Origin: Candidatus Dormiibacterota bacterium
GTDB lineage: Bacteria > Chloroflexota > Dormibacteria > Aeolococcales > Aeolococcaceae
DNA length: 63,123 nucleotides
Direction of reading: 5' to 3'
NCBI GenBank assembly: GCA_036378495.1
Contig: DASUWI010000041.1
Coordinates: forward strand, 1 to 63,123
In this document: positions 21,306 through 30,041 of the stretch, piece by piece
How the letters are laid out: every line of letters begins with the position of its first letter
How positions within the stretch are numbered: the first letter of the stretch is position 1
The notes under the pieces: generated by a model
Told to the model about the DNA's origin: nothing
Database searches by the model: none
What the model saw: the letters and a program-made list of their open reading frames with translations, nothing else
Made by a program: the position numbers and the translations under genes

Positions 21306-24300
21306 GTGAGCGGCGTCGAGCTCGCGGCCCGCTCCCACTACTCATTCCTGGAAGGCGCCGCCGCACCCCGTGCCATAGCGGCCACGGCCGCCGCGCTGGG
21401 CATCGAGGCGGTGGGGCTTTGCGACCGCAGCGGCCTCTATGGCGCGGTGGAGTTCATCCAGGCGGCGCAGGCCGCGGGGATCAAGCCGATCATCGGAACC
21501 GAGCTCGAGCTCACCGACGGCTCACGGCTGCGCCTCCTCGCGCGCGACCGCAGCGGGTACCGGCAGCTTTGCCGAGCTGTGAGCGCCGCCCAGCTCGCCG
21601 GCGTGAAGGGACAGCCGCGCGTGCGGCTGCCCGCCATCGAGATCGACGACCTCCCCCCGCCGTCGCGCGGCCGGTTCCTGCCGCCACCGGAACGTCCGCG
21701 GGCGCTGCGGCCCACGGCAGGCCCGTTCCCCGGGGGCTGGCCGGGCCTGCCCTCGGCCACGCCGCGGGCGACCGGCGAGCCCGCGAGCATCGACGCTGCG
21801 GACCTCTCGTCCTGCATCGCGCTCGCCGGCGGCCCGCGCTCCTCGCTGGTCGACCGGCTGGTGCGTGGCGACCGCCGCGGCGCGCTGCGCCATGCGGAGC
21901 GGCTGCGCGAGTGTTTCGGACGCGACCGTCTCGCGATTCTGCTCACCCATCACCTGCACCCCGCAGACAGCTGGATCGCCGCGGAGTGCGCGCGCATCGC
22001 GCAACAGACGGGCATCCCCACGGTGGCCAGCGCCACGCCAGACCACGCGACCGTCGACGACAAGCCCCTGCTCGATGTGCTCACCGCCATCCGCCATCGC
22101 ACCACGCTGGATCAGGCCGCGGCGCACGGGTTGCTGCTGCCCAACAGCGAGCACCGCGTGCAGCCGGAGGCGACGCTGCGGCGGCGGCTGAGCGCGTACC
22201 CCGAAGCGTTCGACACCGCGGCGCGCATCGCAACCGAATGCGGGGTGTCACTCGACTTCAGCAATGTGCGCTTTCCCGGGTTTCCCGTGCCCGCGGGCGA
22301 GACGCCCTTCTCGGTGCTCTACGCGCTCTGCCAGGAGTCGGTGCAGCGCAAGTACCACCCGATGACACGTCAGGTGGCCGCACGCCTGCAGCGCGAGCTC
22401 GACGTCATCGAGAAGACCGGGCTCGCGGAGTTCTTCCTGATCACGTGGGACATCATGCGGTACGCGCGCGAGCACAGCATCCCCGGACAGGGCCGCGGCA
22501 GCGCCGCCGACTCGATCGTGGCGTATCTGCTCGGCATCACGCGTGTCGATCCGGTGGCGCACGACCTGCTCTTCGAGCGCTTCCTGCACGAGGATCACCA
22601 GGGAACGCCCGACATCGACATCGACTTCTCCACCGACCACCGCGAGCAGGTGCTGCAGTACGTCTACGACAAGTACGGCGCCGACCGCACCGGCATGGTG
22701 GCCAACGTGGTCACGTTCCGGCCGCGCATGGCGATCCGCCAGGTCGGCGCGGCGATGGGCTTCCCCGAGACCATCATCGACCGTCTCGCGAAAGGCGCCG
22801 ACGGCTGGTACATGGCGACGCTCGACGAGACGCTGCGTGCCGCTGGAATTGAGGCGTCGATGCCGGCGGGTCCTGCCGCCGCGGGGTCCCCTCCTCGCTC
22901 ACCGCTCGGGTCGCCACAGGCGACCAACTCGCTGGGTTCGCTCGGCGACCCCCCGCAGCGTCACCCGCCGGCAACCCCCCGCGACGTCATCCCTTCATCA
23001 CCGACATCAGCAACCTGTGCAGCAACCTCGTCCTTGCCATCGTCCCTGCCCTGGCAGCTGTTTCTCGACGTCTTGAAGCGTATCGAGGGAACCCCTCGCC
23101 ATTTGAGCATTCATGTCGGCGGCATGCTCGTCACCGGCGAGCCGCTTGTCGATGTGGTGCCGGTGGAGCGCGCCACGATGCCGGGGCGCGTCGTGGTGCA
23201 GTTCGACAAGGACGACGTCGAGGACCTGGGTCTCATCAAAATGGATCTGCTCGGGCTGCGCACGCTGTCGGCGATCGCCGAGTGTCTCGACCTCATCGAG
23301 CAGACAACAGGGTTTCGTCCCAACCTGGACGAGCTGCGCCTGGACGATCCTCGGGTCTACGACATGATCTGCAACGTCGACACGATCGGGCTGTTCCAGA
23401 TCGAGTCGCGCGCGCAGCAGCAGTCGCTCTGGCAGTCGCAGCCCCGCGAGTTCAACGACCTCATCGTGCAGGTGGCGATCATCCGCCCCGGTCCTATCCA
23501 GGGCGATGCTGTGAACCCGTACCTCCGCCGGCGACAGGGTCTCGAACCGGTGACCTACATGCATCCCCGGTTGGAGCCGATCCTGGCGGAAACAAAGGGC
23601 GTCATCCTCTACCAGGAGCAGATCCTGCGCATCGTCATGGAGCTCGCCGGGTACACCGCGGGCGAGGCGGACCGCTTTCGCCGTGCCATGAACCGCCACC
23701 GCTCACGCATGGAGATGGAGGAGCTGCGCGACGAGTTCCTGCGCCGCTGCTTGGCGCACGAGCTCACCCTGCCGGTGGCCGAGCAGATCTTCAAGAGCGT
23801 CGCCGGCTTCGCCGAGTTCGGCTTCTGCAAGAGCCATGCCGCCGCATTCGCACGCACCGCGTACGAGACCGCATGGCTGCGCCTCGAGCACCCCACCCAC
23901 TACACCTGTGCGTTGCTCAACGCACAGCCGATGGGTTTCTACGCGCCCGGCGTGCTCGTTGACGACGCGCGCCGTCACGGCGTGCGTGTGCTGCCCGTCG
24001 ACGTCACCCGCAGCCGCGCCCGCTGCACGGTCGAGAAGATCGACGATGCCGACACACGCCAACAGCAATCGTTCGCTATCCGTCTCGGGTTCGCGTACGT
24101 CCGCGGGCTCGGGCCGGCGGCGCGCGCCGCGTGCGACGACGCAGTCGTCGCCGGGGCGAACGGCAGCCTCGAGGAGTTCTGGCGCCACGCGCTGCTGCCG
24201 CGCACCGCGATGGAGAACCTGGTGAAGGTGGGCGCGTTCGACAGCATCGCCGGCGGCCTGCACCGGCGGCAGCTGCTGTGGCAGCTGAAGCGTATCGAGG

Positions 24301-24965
24301 AGGCGTTGCCGGCACGTCGCCGCCGTGGGACGACCACACACACCGCGCAGTCGGCCGCGCGCACCCATGCGCAGCCGGCGGTCGGCCCACCGCGTGGCAG
24401 TGGTGCCGTCGCCGGCGCGCGCTACGGAGACGCACCCCACGTTGCACGTGATCCGTCCCAGGACCCGCCGCCACCGCTGCTCGAGCTGCCGGCGCCACCC
24501 CCGGCGCTGCAGGACATGGATGAGCGCACCCGCGTGACCACCGAATATGCGCTCACGCAGGTGAGCACCGGACAGCACCTGATCACCTTCATCAGGGCGC
24601 AACTCGACGCACTCGGATGCATGCGACTGGCTCTGGCACGCGCCCGCCCCGACGGGTCGCGCGTTCGGGTTGCGGGGCTCGTCATCACCCGCCAGGCGCC
24701 GATGTCCGCCAGCGGCTTCCGATTCTTCACGCTCACCGATGAGGACGCCAACCTCGACCTCGTCTTTCGCCCGGACATAGCGCAGCGCACGCGTGACGCC
24801 GCCCGCCATCCACTGTTGATGGTGGACGGCCTGCTGCAGGTGGAACACGGGCGCATCAACGTCGTGGTGCAACAGGTGACGGCGCTCGACCGTGACGGCA
24901 GGCCGCTGCCGGCCGACGCACCTCTGACGACCATTCCCTCGCCGCGGCCGCACAACTTCCGCTGA
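21306..24965 (+). CDS. dnaE2: Error-prone DNA polymerase III alpha subunit DnaE2
   Basis: PHP N-terminus ELAARSHYSFLEGAAAP...GLCDRSGLYGAVEF. Pol III alpha core GTPDIDIDF, PRHLSIHVGGM, LFQIESR, IIRPGPIQG, FGFCKSHAAAF. OB fold at the C-terminus. GTG start. 1219 aa. Confidence 0.95.
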   Translation: MSGVELAARSHYSFLEGAAAPRAIAATAAALGIEAVGLCDRSGLYGAVEFIQAAQAAGIKPIIGTELELTDGSRLRLLARDRSGYRQLCRAVSAAQLAGVKGQPRVRLPAIEIDDLPPPSRGRFLPPPERPRALRPTAGPFPGGWPGLPSATPRATGEPASIDAADLSSCIALAGGPRSSLVDRLVRGDRRGALRHAERLRECFGRDRLAILLTHHLHPADSWIAAECARIAQQTGIPTVASATPDHATVDDKPLLDVLTAIRHRTTLDQAAAHGLLLPNSEHRVQPEATLRRRLSAYPEAFDTAARIATECGVSLDFSNVRFPGFPVPAGETPFSVLYALCQESVQRKYHPMTRQVAARLQRELDVIEKTGLAEFFLITWDIMRYAREHSIPGQGRGSAADSIVAYLLGITRVDPVAHDLLFERFLHEDHQGTPDIDIDFSTDHREQVLQYVYDKYGADRTGMVANVVTFRPRMAIRQVGAAMGFPETIIDRLAKGADGWYMATLDETLRAAGIEASMPAGPAAAGSPPRSPLGSPQATNSLGSLGDPPQRHPPATPRDVIPSSPTSATCAATSSLPSSLPWQLFLDVLKRIEGTPRHLSIHVGGMLVTGEPLVDVVPVERATMPGRVVVQFDKDDVEDLGLIKMDLLGLRTLSAIAECLDLIEQTTGFRPNLDELRLDDPRVYDMICNVDTIGLFQIESRAQQQSLWQSQPREFNDLIVQVAIIRPGPIQGDAVNPYLRRRQGLEPVTYMHPRLEPILAETKGVILYQEQILRIVMELAGYTAGEADRFRRAMNRHRSRMEMEELRDEFLRRCLAHELTLPVAEQIFKSVAGFAEFGFCKSHAAAFARTAYETAWLRLEHPTHYTCALLNAQPMGFYAPGVLVDDARRHGVRVLPVDVTRSRARCTVEKIDDADTRQQQSFAIRLGFAYVRGLGPAARAACDDAVVAGANGSLEEFWRHALLPRTAMENLVKVGAFDSIAGGLHRRQLLWQLKRIEEALPARRRRGTTTHTAQSAARTHAQPAVGPPRGSGAVAGARYGDAPHVARDPSQDPPPPLLELPAPPPALQDMDERTRVTTEYALTQVSTGQHLITFIRAQLDALGCMRLALARARPDGSRVRVAGLVITRQAPMSASGFRFFTLTDEDANLDLVFRPDIAQRTRDAARHPLLMVDGLLQVEHGRINVVVQQVTALDRDGRPLPADAPLTTIPSPRPHNFR

Positions 24966-25053
24966 TCCAGCGACCACCGGGTCACACGCGAGTGACGCTC
25001 CCGCGCCAGTGCCCCGACCTCGCCGAGCCCCGCCTTGCGGCTGCATACGCTCG

Positions 25054-26145
25054 ATGGCGATTACCGAGGGACCGGCCCCGGTCGGTTGCCGGCATCGGCC
25101 ACCGAGAACACATGTGAACGAGGATCCGAAGAGCGACTCGAGCTGGTTCACACCGCCGGAACGAGGCAGCGGCGCGTCCAGCTGGCCGGCGGCACCGCCG
25201 GTCGTGGACCCGTTGATCGAGGGCCCCCCGGCCGCCGGACTCGAGGAGTTCGCCCCGCTCGAGGAGCGCCCGACCCAACCGCCTCAACGGCGCGTGCTGG
25301 CCACGGCGCTGGCCCCGCCGACACCATTGATCCGCCCGGTGCCTGCGCAGCGTCCGGAGCCGTCATCGGGCTCGCCGCCGGGCGCTGCCCGGCCGGAGGT
25401 TGCTGCCCACGAGGGCGGCGGCGGCCCCGGATGGCGAGTCCGAAGTCCGCAGCCGCCTCCGGCGATGGCTGCGCCCGCGGCGCCCGATACGCCCTCCGGG
25501 CGCCTGATCGCCGACCTGGAGCCGGTTGCGCCGCCGCCGCCGATGCCGCTGATGCCATGGGAGAGGAAGGCGACCACGCGCCCCCTGCGCCGCTACCTGC
25601 TGTTCGGCACCGGCCTCTTCGCGCTCTGCGGCCTGGCGGCACTCGTCTTCGGCGGCGTTGGTCGGAGCGGGCCGTCGATCCAGCAACCCTCGACCATAGA
25701 CGCGCTCACCCAGGTGGACACCCCCCAGGTGTCCGCCCTGCTGCAGTCACTCGACCGGTTCGAGCGATCCGTCGGGGCGAGCAACGTGGTGACGGGCGCG
25801 TACGGCACAAACGGCGAGCCGCAGCTGCTGCTGGTCGTCGTTCAGGGCGGGATCATCAGCAACGGCGGGACCCGCGAGGCGGTCGACACGTTCATGCGAG
25901 GCCTCACCGCCGGCGCCGGCGGGGCCGGGTGGACGCTCGACCCCTCCAAGCTCACCGTGAGCACGGCGGACGGCACCACGTTCGAGTGCGACAGCGGGCC
26001 CTCGAGCCAGCTCAACGGCGACGTCCTCGGCGCCTGCGCCTGGACCGACCCCGGCGTGGCGGGAGCCGTGGTCGACCTCACCGGGCAGCCGCTCGGCGAC
26101 ACCCTCAACGACGCAGTGCAGGCTCGCGCCGGGTCCGTCCACTGA
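25054..26145 (+). CDS. Proline-rich single-pass membrane protein, unknown function (start uncertain)
   Basis: About 180 aa Pro-rich N-terminus, TM LLFGTGLFALCGLAALVFGGV, then a 170-aa extracytoplasmic domain with 3 Cys. Alternative starts at 25009 or GTG near 25113. Confidence 0.45.
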   Translation: MAITEGPAPVGCRHRPPRTHVNEDPKSDSSWFTPPERGSGASSWPAAPPVVDPLIEGPPAAGLEEFAPLEERPTQPPQRRVLATALAPPTPLIRPVPAQRPEPSSGSPPGAARPEVAAHEGGGGPGWRVRSPQPPPAMAAPAAPDTPSGRLIADLEPVAPPPPMPLMPWERKATTRPLRRYLLFGTGLFALCGLAALVFGGVGRSGPSIQQPSTIDALTQVDTPQVSALLQSLDRFERSVGASNVVTGAYGTNGEPQLLLVVVQGGIISNGGTREAVDTFMRGLTAGAGGAGWTLDPSKLTVSTADGTTFECDSGPSSQLNGDVLGACAWTDPGVAGAVVDLTGQPLGDTLNDAVQARAGSVH

Positions 26146-26186
26146 GAGAGGGCGGCCCCGATGGCTGCGGCCCGTAGCATGGGGTC

Positions 26187-27017
26187 GTGAGCAGCAACGG
26201 AGAGTTGAGCGAGCGCTTCAGCAAGCTCCTCGACCGCAATCGCATCGGCATCATCGAGGTGCGCGGCGTGATCGACGGAGCGGTGCGCACCGACACGATC
26301 ACGCGCCTGCTCGGGGCGGCGCGTCGCAACCGTCACGTGCAGGCCGTCGTGCTGGACGTCGACTCCCCGGGCGGCGGCGCCGTCGGCTCCGAGCTGCTCT
26401 ACGTCGCGGTGAAGCGGCTCGCCGCGGAGAAGCCGGTGGTCGCCTGGATCCGCACCACGGGCGCCTCGGGCGCGTATTTCCTGGCGTGTGGCGCCACCCG
26501 CATCGTGGCCTTCCCGGCGGCCATCGTCGGCTCCATCGGCGTTATCAGCGTGCGGCCGATCGCCGTCGAAGCCCTGCGCCGGCTGGGAACGCGAATCGCC
26601 GTCACCAAGACGGGCCCGTTCAAGGACCTGGGCGCGCCCTGGCGTGAGCCCACCGAGGAGGATGCGGCCAAGGAGCGCGAGCTCGTGCAGGCGATCTTCC
26701 GCCGGTTCACCTCGGCGGTTCGGGCTGCGCGGGGCTTCGACGACACCGCGCTCGACCGCGTGACCACCGGCGAGGTGTGGCTCGGAACGCAGGCGCTCGA
26801 GCTCGGGCTGGTGGATGCGCTGGTCGACGACGAGGACGGCGCCACGGAGGTGGCGCAGGATCTGGCGGCGCTGCCGCACCGGCACACCGTCCGGCTCGGA
26901 CCGAAGCGCACCGTGCTGCAGCGTCTGGGCATGCCCGGTGCCGGCATGGGACCGCCCGGCCCGCGCTGGATCGCCGAGCTCGAGGGCTGGGCGAGCGCGC
27001 CGCGGCTGCGTGCCTGA
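26187..27017 (+). CDS. sppA: Signal peptide peptidase SppA (S49 family, 36K type)
   Basis: VVLDVDSPGGGAVGS and TGASGAYFLACGA (Ser nucleophile context), GSIGV, VWLGTQALELGLVDAL. GTG start. Confidence 0.75.
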   Translation: MSSNGELSERFSKLLDRNRIGIIEVRGVIDGAVRTDTITRLLGAARRNRHVQAVVLDVDSPGGGAVGSELLYVAVKRLAAEKPVVAWIRTTGASGAYFLACGATRIVAFPAAIVGSIGVISVRPIAVEALRRLGTRIAVTKTGPFKDLGAPWREPTEEDAAKERELVQAIFRRFTSAVRAARGFDDTALDRVTTGEVWLGTQALELGLVDALVDDEDGATEVAQDLAALPHRHTVRLGPKRTVLQRLGMPGAGMGPPGPRWIAELEGWASAPRLRA

Positions 27018-27023
27018 GACGGG

Positions 27024-27584
27024 CTAGCCCAGCCAGCCCGCCGCGAGGTCGGCGGCGACGTGCGCCACCGCCGGAGCTGTCACGCCGCCCGTGAGCAGGC
27101 GCAGGCCGCCGAGCAGCACGCCGGCTGCGAGGTCCAGCGGCAGCGCCGCCCAGCCGTAGAGCGGCACGTGGAGCAGTGCGAAGGCGACGGAGGTCACCGC
27201 CAGCGCGGAGGCGGGCCCGGCGCCCTCCTCGAGGGTGGTGAAGAGCGCGCCCCTGAGCATCACCTCCTCGCCGGTGGCCACCAGGGCCACAACCGGCGTC
27301 CAGAGCAGGAGCGTTCCCAGATGACGCGCGGCGTCCACCGGCACGTGCGGCACCGAGCTCAGCCAGAGGGCAACGAGCAGCAGCGCACCACCGGCGCCGA
27401 GCGAGACGGCGCGCACCCATGCGGGAGTGCGGCGGACGCGGAACCCGGCGGCGACCGAGAGGACGAGGAGGACCAGGGCGAAGACGGTGGCTGCGCCCAG
27501 CGAGGCTGCGGGAACGGCTCCGCCCATGGCCGCCCGCAGGCCGGCGGCGGCCGCTCCGCCGCCGACGAGAAGCACAGCGCGCAT
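27024..27584 (-). CDS. CPBP family intramembrane glutamic endopeptidase (CAAX protease-like)
   Basis: Start at MRAVLL (27584). Motifs TGEEVMLRGALF (EExxxR), VAFALLHVP (FxxxH), VAHVAADLAAG (HxxxD). Multi-TM. Confidence 0.75.
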   Translation of the reverse strand: MRAVLLVGGGAAAAGLRAAMGGAVPAASLGAATVFALVLLVLSVAAGFRVRRTPAWVRAVSLGAGGALLLVALWLSSVPHVPVDAARHLGTLLLWTPVVALVATGEEVMLRGALFTTLEEGAGPASALAVTSVAFALLHVPLYGWAALPLDLAAGVLLGGLRLLTGGVTAPAVAHVAADLAAGWLG

Positions 27585-27637
27585 CGTCGCGGGGTGGCCG
27601 AGCCGCAATGCCCGCCCCGGTGCGCCCGCCCACGCGA

Positions 27638-28330
27638 TCACCGGCGCCGCCTGACGTTCAGCCGCGCCAGCCCCAGGGTGGCCACGATCACCAGCACCGC
27701 AAGGACGCCCACGATCGCCGCCACAGGCACGCCTCCGCCCGACCCGCCGCTCCCGCCCGCTGCCGAGCGGAACAGCCCGAAGTCGCCTGTCTTCGTCGAC
27801 ACCGCCTCGAAAGTGGAGCCACAGCCGAGGTTGAAGGTGCGCAGCGGCTGCCAGCCACCCCCGCTGTGCACGTACATCGTCAGCGCGGAGCTCGCGCCCG
27901 TGCCCCGGAGCACAACGGTCACGGGCATCTGAGGCTGCGGCTGCACGTCCTGGCCGGCGGACGTGGCGGTGATCCGGTAGGCGTTGCCGTCCTGCACCAG
28001 CCCGGACGGCGCCGGCGCGGGTGGCGACTCCGGCGTGATCGAGACCGTGATGGGGGAGGTGCTGCTGAACGTGCCCGCCATCATCAGGATCTGCGCCTGC
28101 GACGGCGTTTCGCTGGTCAGCACCTCCGCGGTGGGGAACGACCCGCCCGGGTAGGTCATCGTCGCCGACGCCGGCGGCGGCGAGTGGTCGAGCAGCCGGT
28201 ACGGATCCTGAACGCACAGCCCGTCGTAGAGGGGCGGTGACGCAGCCGGCAGCAGCCGCCAGAGAACGGCGAGCACGATCGCGCTCGCGGCGACCGCCCC
28301 CCAGCCAAGGCGTCTCGCGGCGCCGGGCAC
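27638..28330 (-). CDS. Membrane/surface protein with N-terminal anchor and C-terminal Gly-rich / TM / Arg-cluster tail (sorting-signal-like)
   Basis: GTG 28330 lies 1 nt after the upstream stop. N-terminal TM WGAVAASAIVLAVLW, a beta-rich middle, and C-terminus AAGGSGGSGGGVPVAAIVGVLAVLVIVATLGLARLNVRRRR. Confidence 0.5.
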   Translation of the reverse strand: MPGAARRLGWGAVAASAIVLAVLWRLLPAASPPLYDGLCVQDPYRLLDHSPPPASATMTYPGGSFPTAEVLTSETPSQAQILMMAGTFSSTSPITVSITPESPPAPAPSGLVQDGNAYRITATSAGQDVQPQPQMPVTVVLRGTGASSALTMYVHSGGGWQPLRTFNLGCGSTFEAVSTKTGDFGLFRSAAGGSGGSGGGVPVAAIVGVLAVLVIVATLGLARLNVRRRR

Positions 28331-28331
28331 C

Positions 28332-29840
28332 TCAGCCGGTGCTGGGAACTGTGGAGGCTGGGGAGCCGACTCCGACGCTGCCGGCCGCCTGGGCGGCGGC
28401 GGCCAGCGGGCCGACCAGGTCGGAGACCGCCTGGGTGGCGAGCTCGAGCGCCTGCGGGCTGAACCCCCGCGGCGCCGCCCGCTCACAGATGACGACGGCG
28501 ACGACGTCGTCGCCATCGACCACGGGCACGATCAGGCGCGAAAGGCCCTCGATGTTCCGGCGCCGCTGTGCGCGGTAGGAGGGAGCCTCGGTGAGAAGGA
28601 GCGGTCGCTTGCTGCCCACGGCGTGCGCCATGATGCCGCTGGGAAGGCCGGAAACGTCGCCTCGCGGCGGCAGCACGAAGGCGCGGTCGGCGCCCAGGCG
28701 CTCGGCGAGGCGGGCGAGGCTGGCCTGGACGCCCCGATCGACGGCGATCCTGGCCCAGGCGGAGGGACGGCGGCGCACCGACTCATTGTTGGCGATCCCG
28801 TTCACCGCCATGGCGAGCGCCGCGGCGCTCAGCGCCGAGGGCACCACGCTGAAGTCGAGCGAGATCAGGCCGGCGAACAGGCCGAACATGAGGACGCCCG
28901 TGAGCACCGCGTAGTCGAGGTAGTGGCGGGGCGCACCGCTCTGCCTGTGCTGGTCGGCGAAGGTCCAGCGCCAGTTGAGCATGCCGTTCCACGCGGCGCT
29001 GAGGGCGAAGGCGGGCAGGAACGCGATCAACGGGTTGATGTGGCCCGGCCCGCTCAGGGCCCAGATCGTCGGCACCAGCACCGCCACACCGCTCAACCCC
29101 ACGAGCCCGAACTTCCAGCGCCGTGCGGAGCCCGGCACCTCCATGAAGAGAGAGCGCAGGTGGCCGAGGTACAGAAGGCCCTGGCGCAGCCCCGCCTTGC
29201 TGGCGCCGTGCTGCCGCGCTTCCTGGCTGACCGGGACGTCGACCACGCGGAGCGCGGGCACGCACACCAGGAGCTCGAGCAGGATCTTGAATCCGACGGG
29301 CCGGAACTCGATTCCGTCGATCAGCGCCCGGCGGCAGAGGAAGAAGCCGGAGAGGGGGTCGGTGGAGAGGCGCGCCTCTCTGAACAGGAGATGGGCCGCC
29401 AGCGAGGCCACCCGGCTGACCACCCGCCGTCCCATTCCACTCAAGCCCTCGGTGCCGCCGCCGCGCATGTAGCGGCTTGCGATCACGAGGTCGGCGCCGG
29501 CCGCGGCCGGCTCCAGGAGTTGCGGTATGAGCTCGGGCGGATGCTGGAGGTCGGCGTCCATCACGCACACGTAGCGGCCACGCGCCTGGCGCAGCCCGGT
29601 CACGACGGCGGTGCTGAGGCCGCCGGCCCGCTCCTCGCCCCGCCGGAGCAGCGCCCGGACGTCGTCCCGCTCACGATCCAGCGCCGCCAGCAGGTCCTGG
29701 GTGCCGTCGTCGCTGTCGTCGACGAAGCAGATCTCGTGGTCGACGCCGTGCAGCGCCGCCGAGACCCGCTCCACCAACGGCCCGATGTTGCCGGCCTCGT
29801 TCCTCGTGGGCACGACCACGCTGACCAGGAGGCCACCCAT
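28332..29840 (-). CDS. GT2 polyprenyl-phosphate glycosyl (mannosyl)transferase-like domain, GtrA-like 4-TM domain, C-terminal GAF-like domain
   Basis: VSVVVPTRNEAGNI, CFVDDSDDGT, VCVMDADLQHPP (DxD), GFKILLELL. TM block WKFGLVGLSGVAVL...WNGMLNWRWTF. The C-terminus LARLAERLGADRAFVLPP...LIVPVVDGDDVVAVVICERAAPRGFSPQALELATQ has a GAF pattern. Confidence 0.8.
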   Translation of the reverse strand: MGGLLVSVVVPTRNEAGNIGPLVERVSAALHGVDHEICFVDDSDDGTQDLLAALDRERDDVRALLRRGEERAGGLSTAVVTGLRQARGRYVCVMDADLQHPPELIPQLLEPAAAGADLVIASRYMRGGGTEGLSGMGRRVVSRVASLAAHLLFREARLSTDPLSGFFLCRRALIDGIEFRPVGFKILLELLVCVPALRVVDVPVSQEARQHGASKAGLRQGLLYLGHLRSLFMEVPGSARRWKFGLVGLSGVAVLVPTIWALSGPGHINPLIAFLPAFALSAAWNGMLNWRWTFADQHRQSGAPRHYLDYAVLTGVLMFGLFAGLISLDFSVVPSALSAAALAMAVNGIANNESVRRRPSAWARIAVDRGVQASLARLAERLGADRAFVLPPRGDVSGLPSGIMAHAVGSKRPLLLTEAPSYRAQRRRNIEGLSRLIVPVVDGDDVVAVVICERAAPRGFSPQALELATQAVSDLVGPLAAAAQAAGSVGVGSPASTVPSTG

Positions 29841-30041
29841 GCGTGAAGGATACGGGGACGTCCGATTGATGACCGTTCGCGTGACCGAGCGCGCCAAAAT
29901 CGTGATAGGTGGGTCGCACAGCCAGAGTTCGCAGGTATTGTCACCTCTAGGGCGTTGCAGAAATTGGAGCGCGACGCATTACGGAGACCGCCCGCCCTCA
30001 CGCGGTGACGGGGCGGCGGCCAATTGGGAACAAGCTGATCG

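Noticed and set aside
27024-28217. A 397-aa version of the CPBP ORF. Similar over-long versions exist at 2617-3264, 14278-15441, 9997-11031 and 27638-28516.
   Set aside because: In each case the N-terminal extension overlaps the upstream gene on the same strand and is Arg/Pro-rich. An internal start gives an ATGA/GTGA or few-nt junction and a sensible domain boundary.
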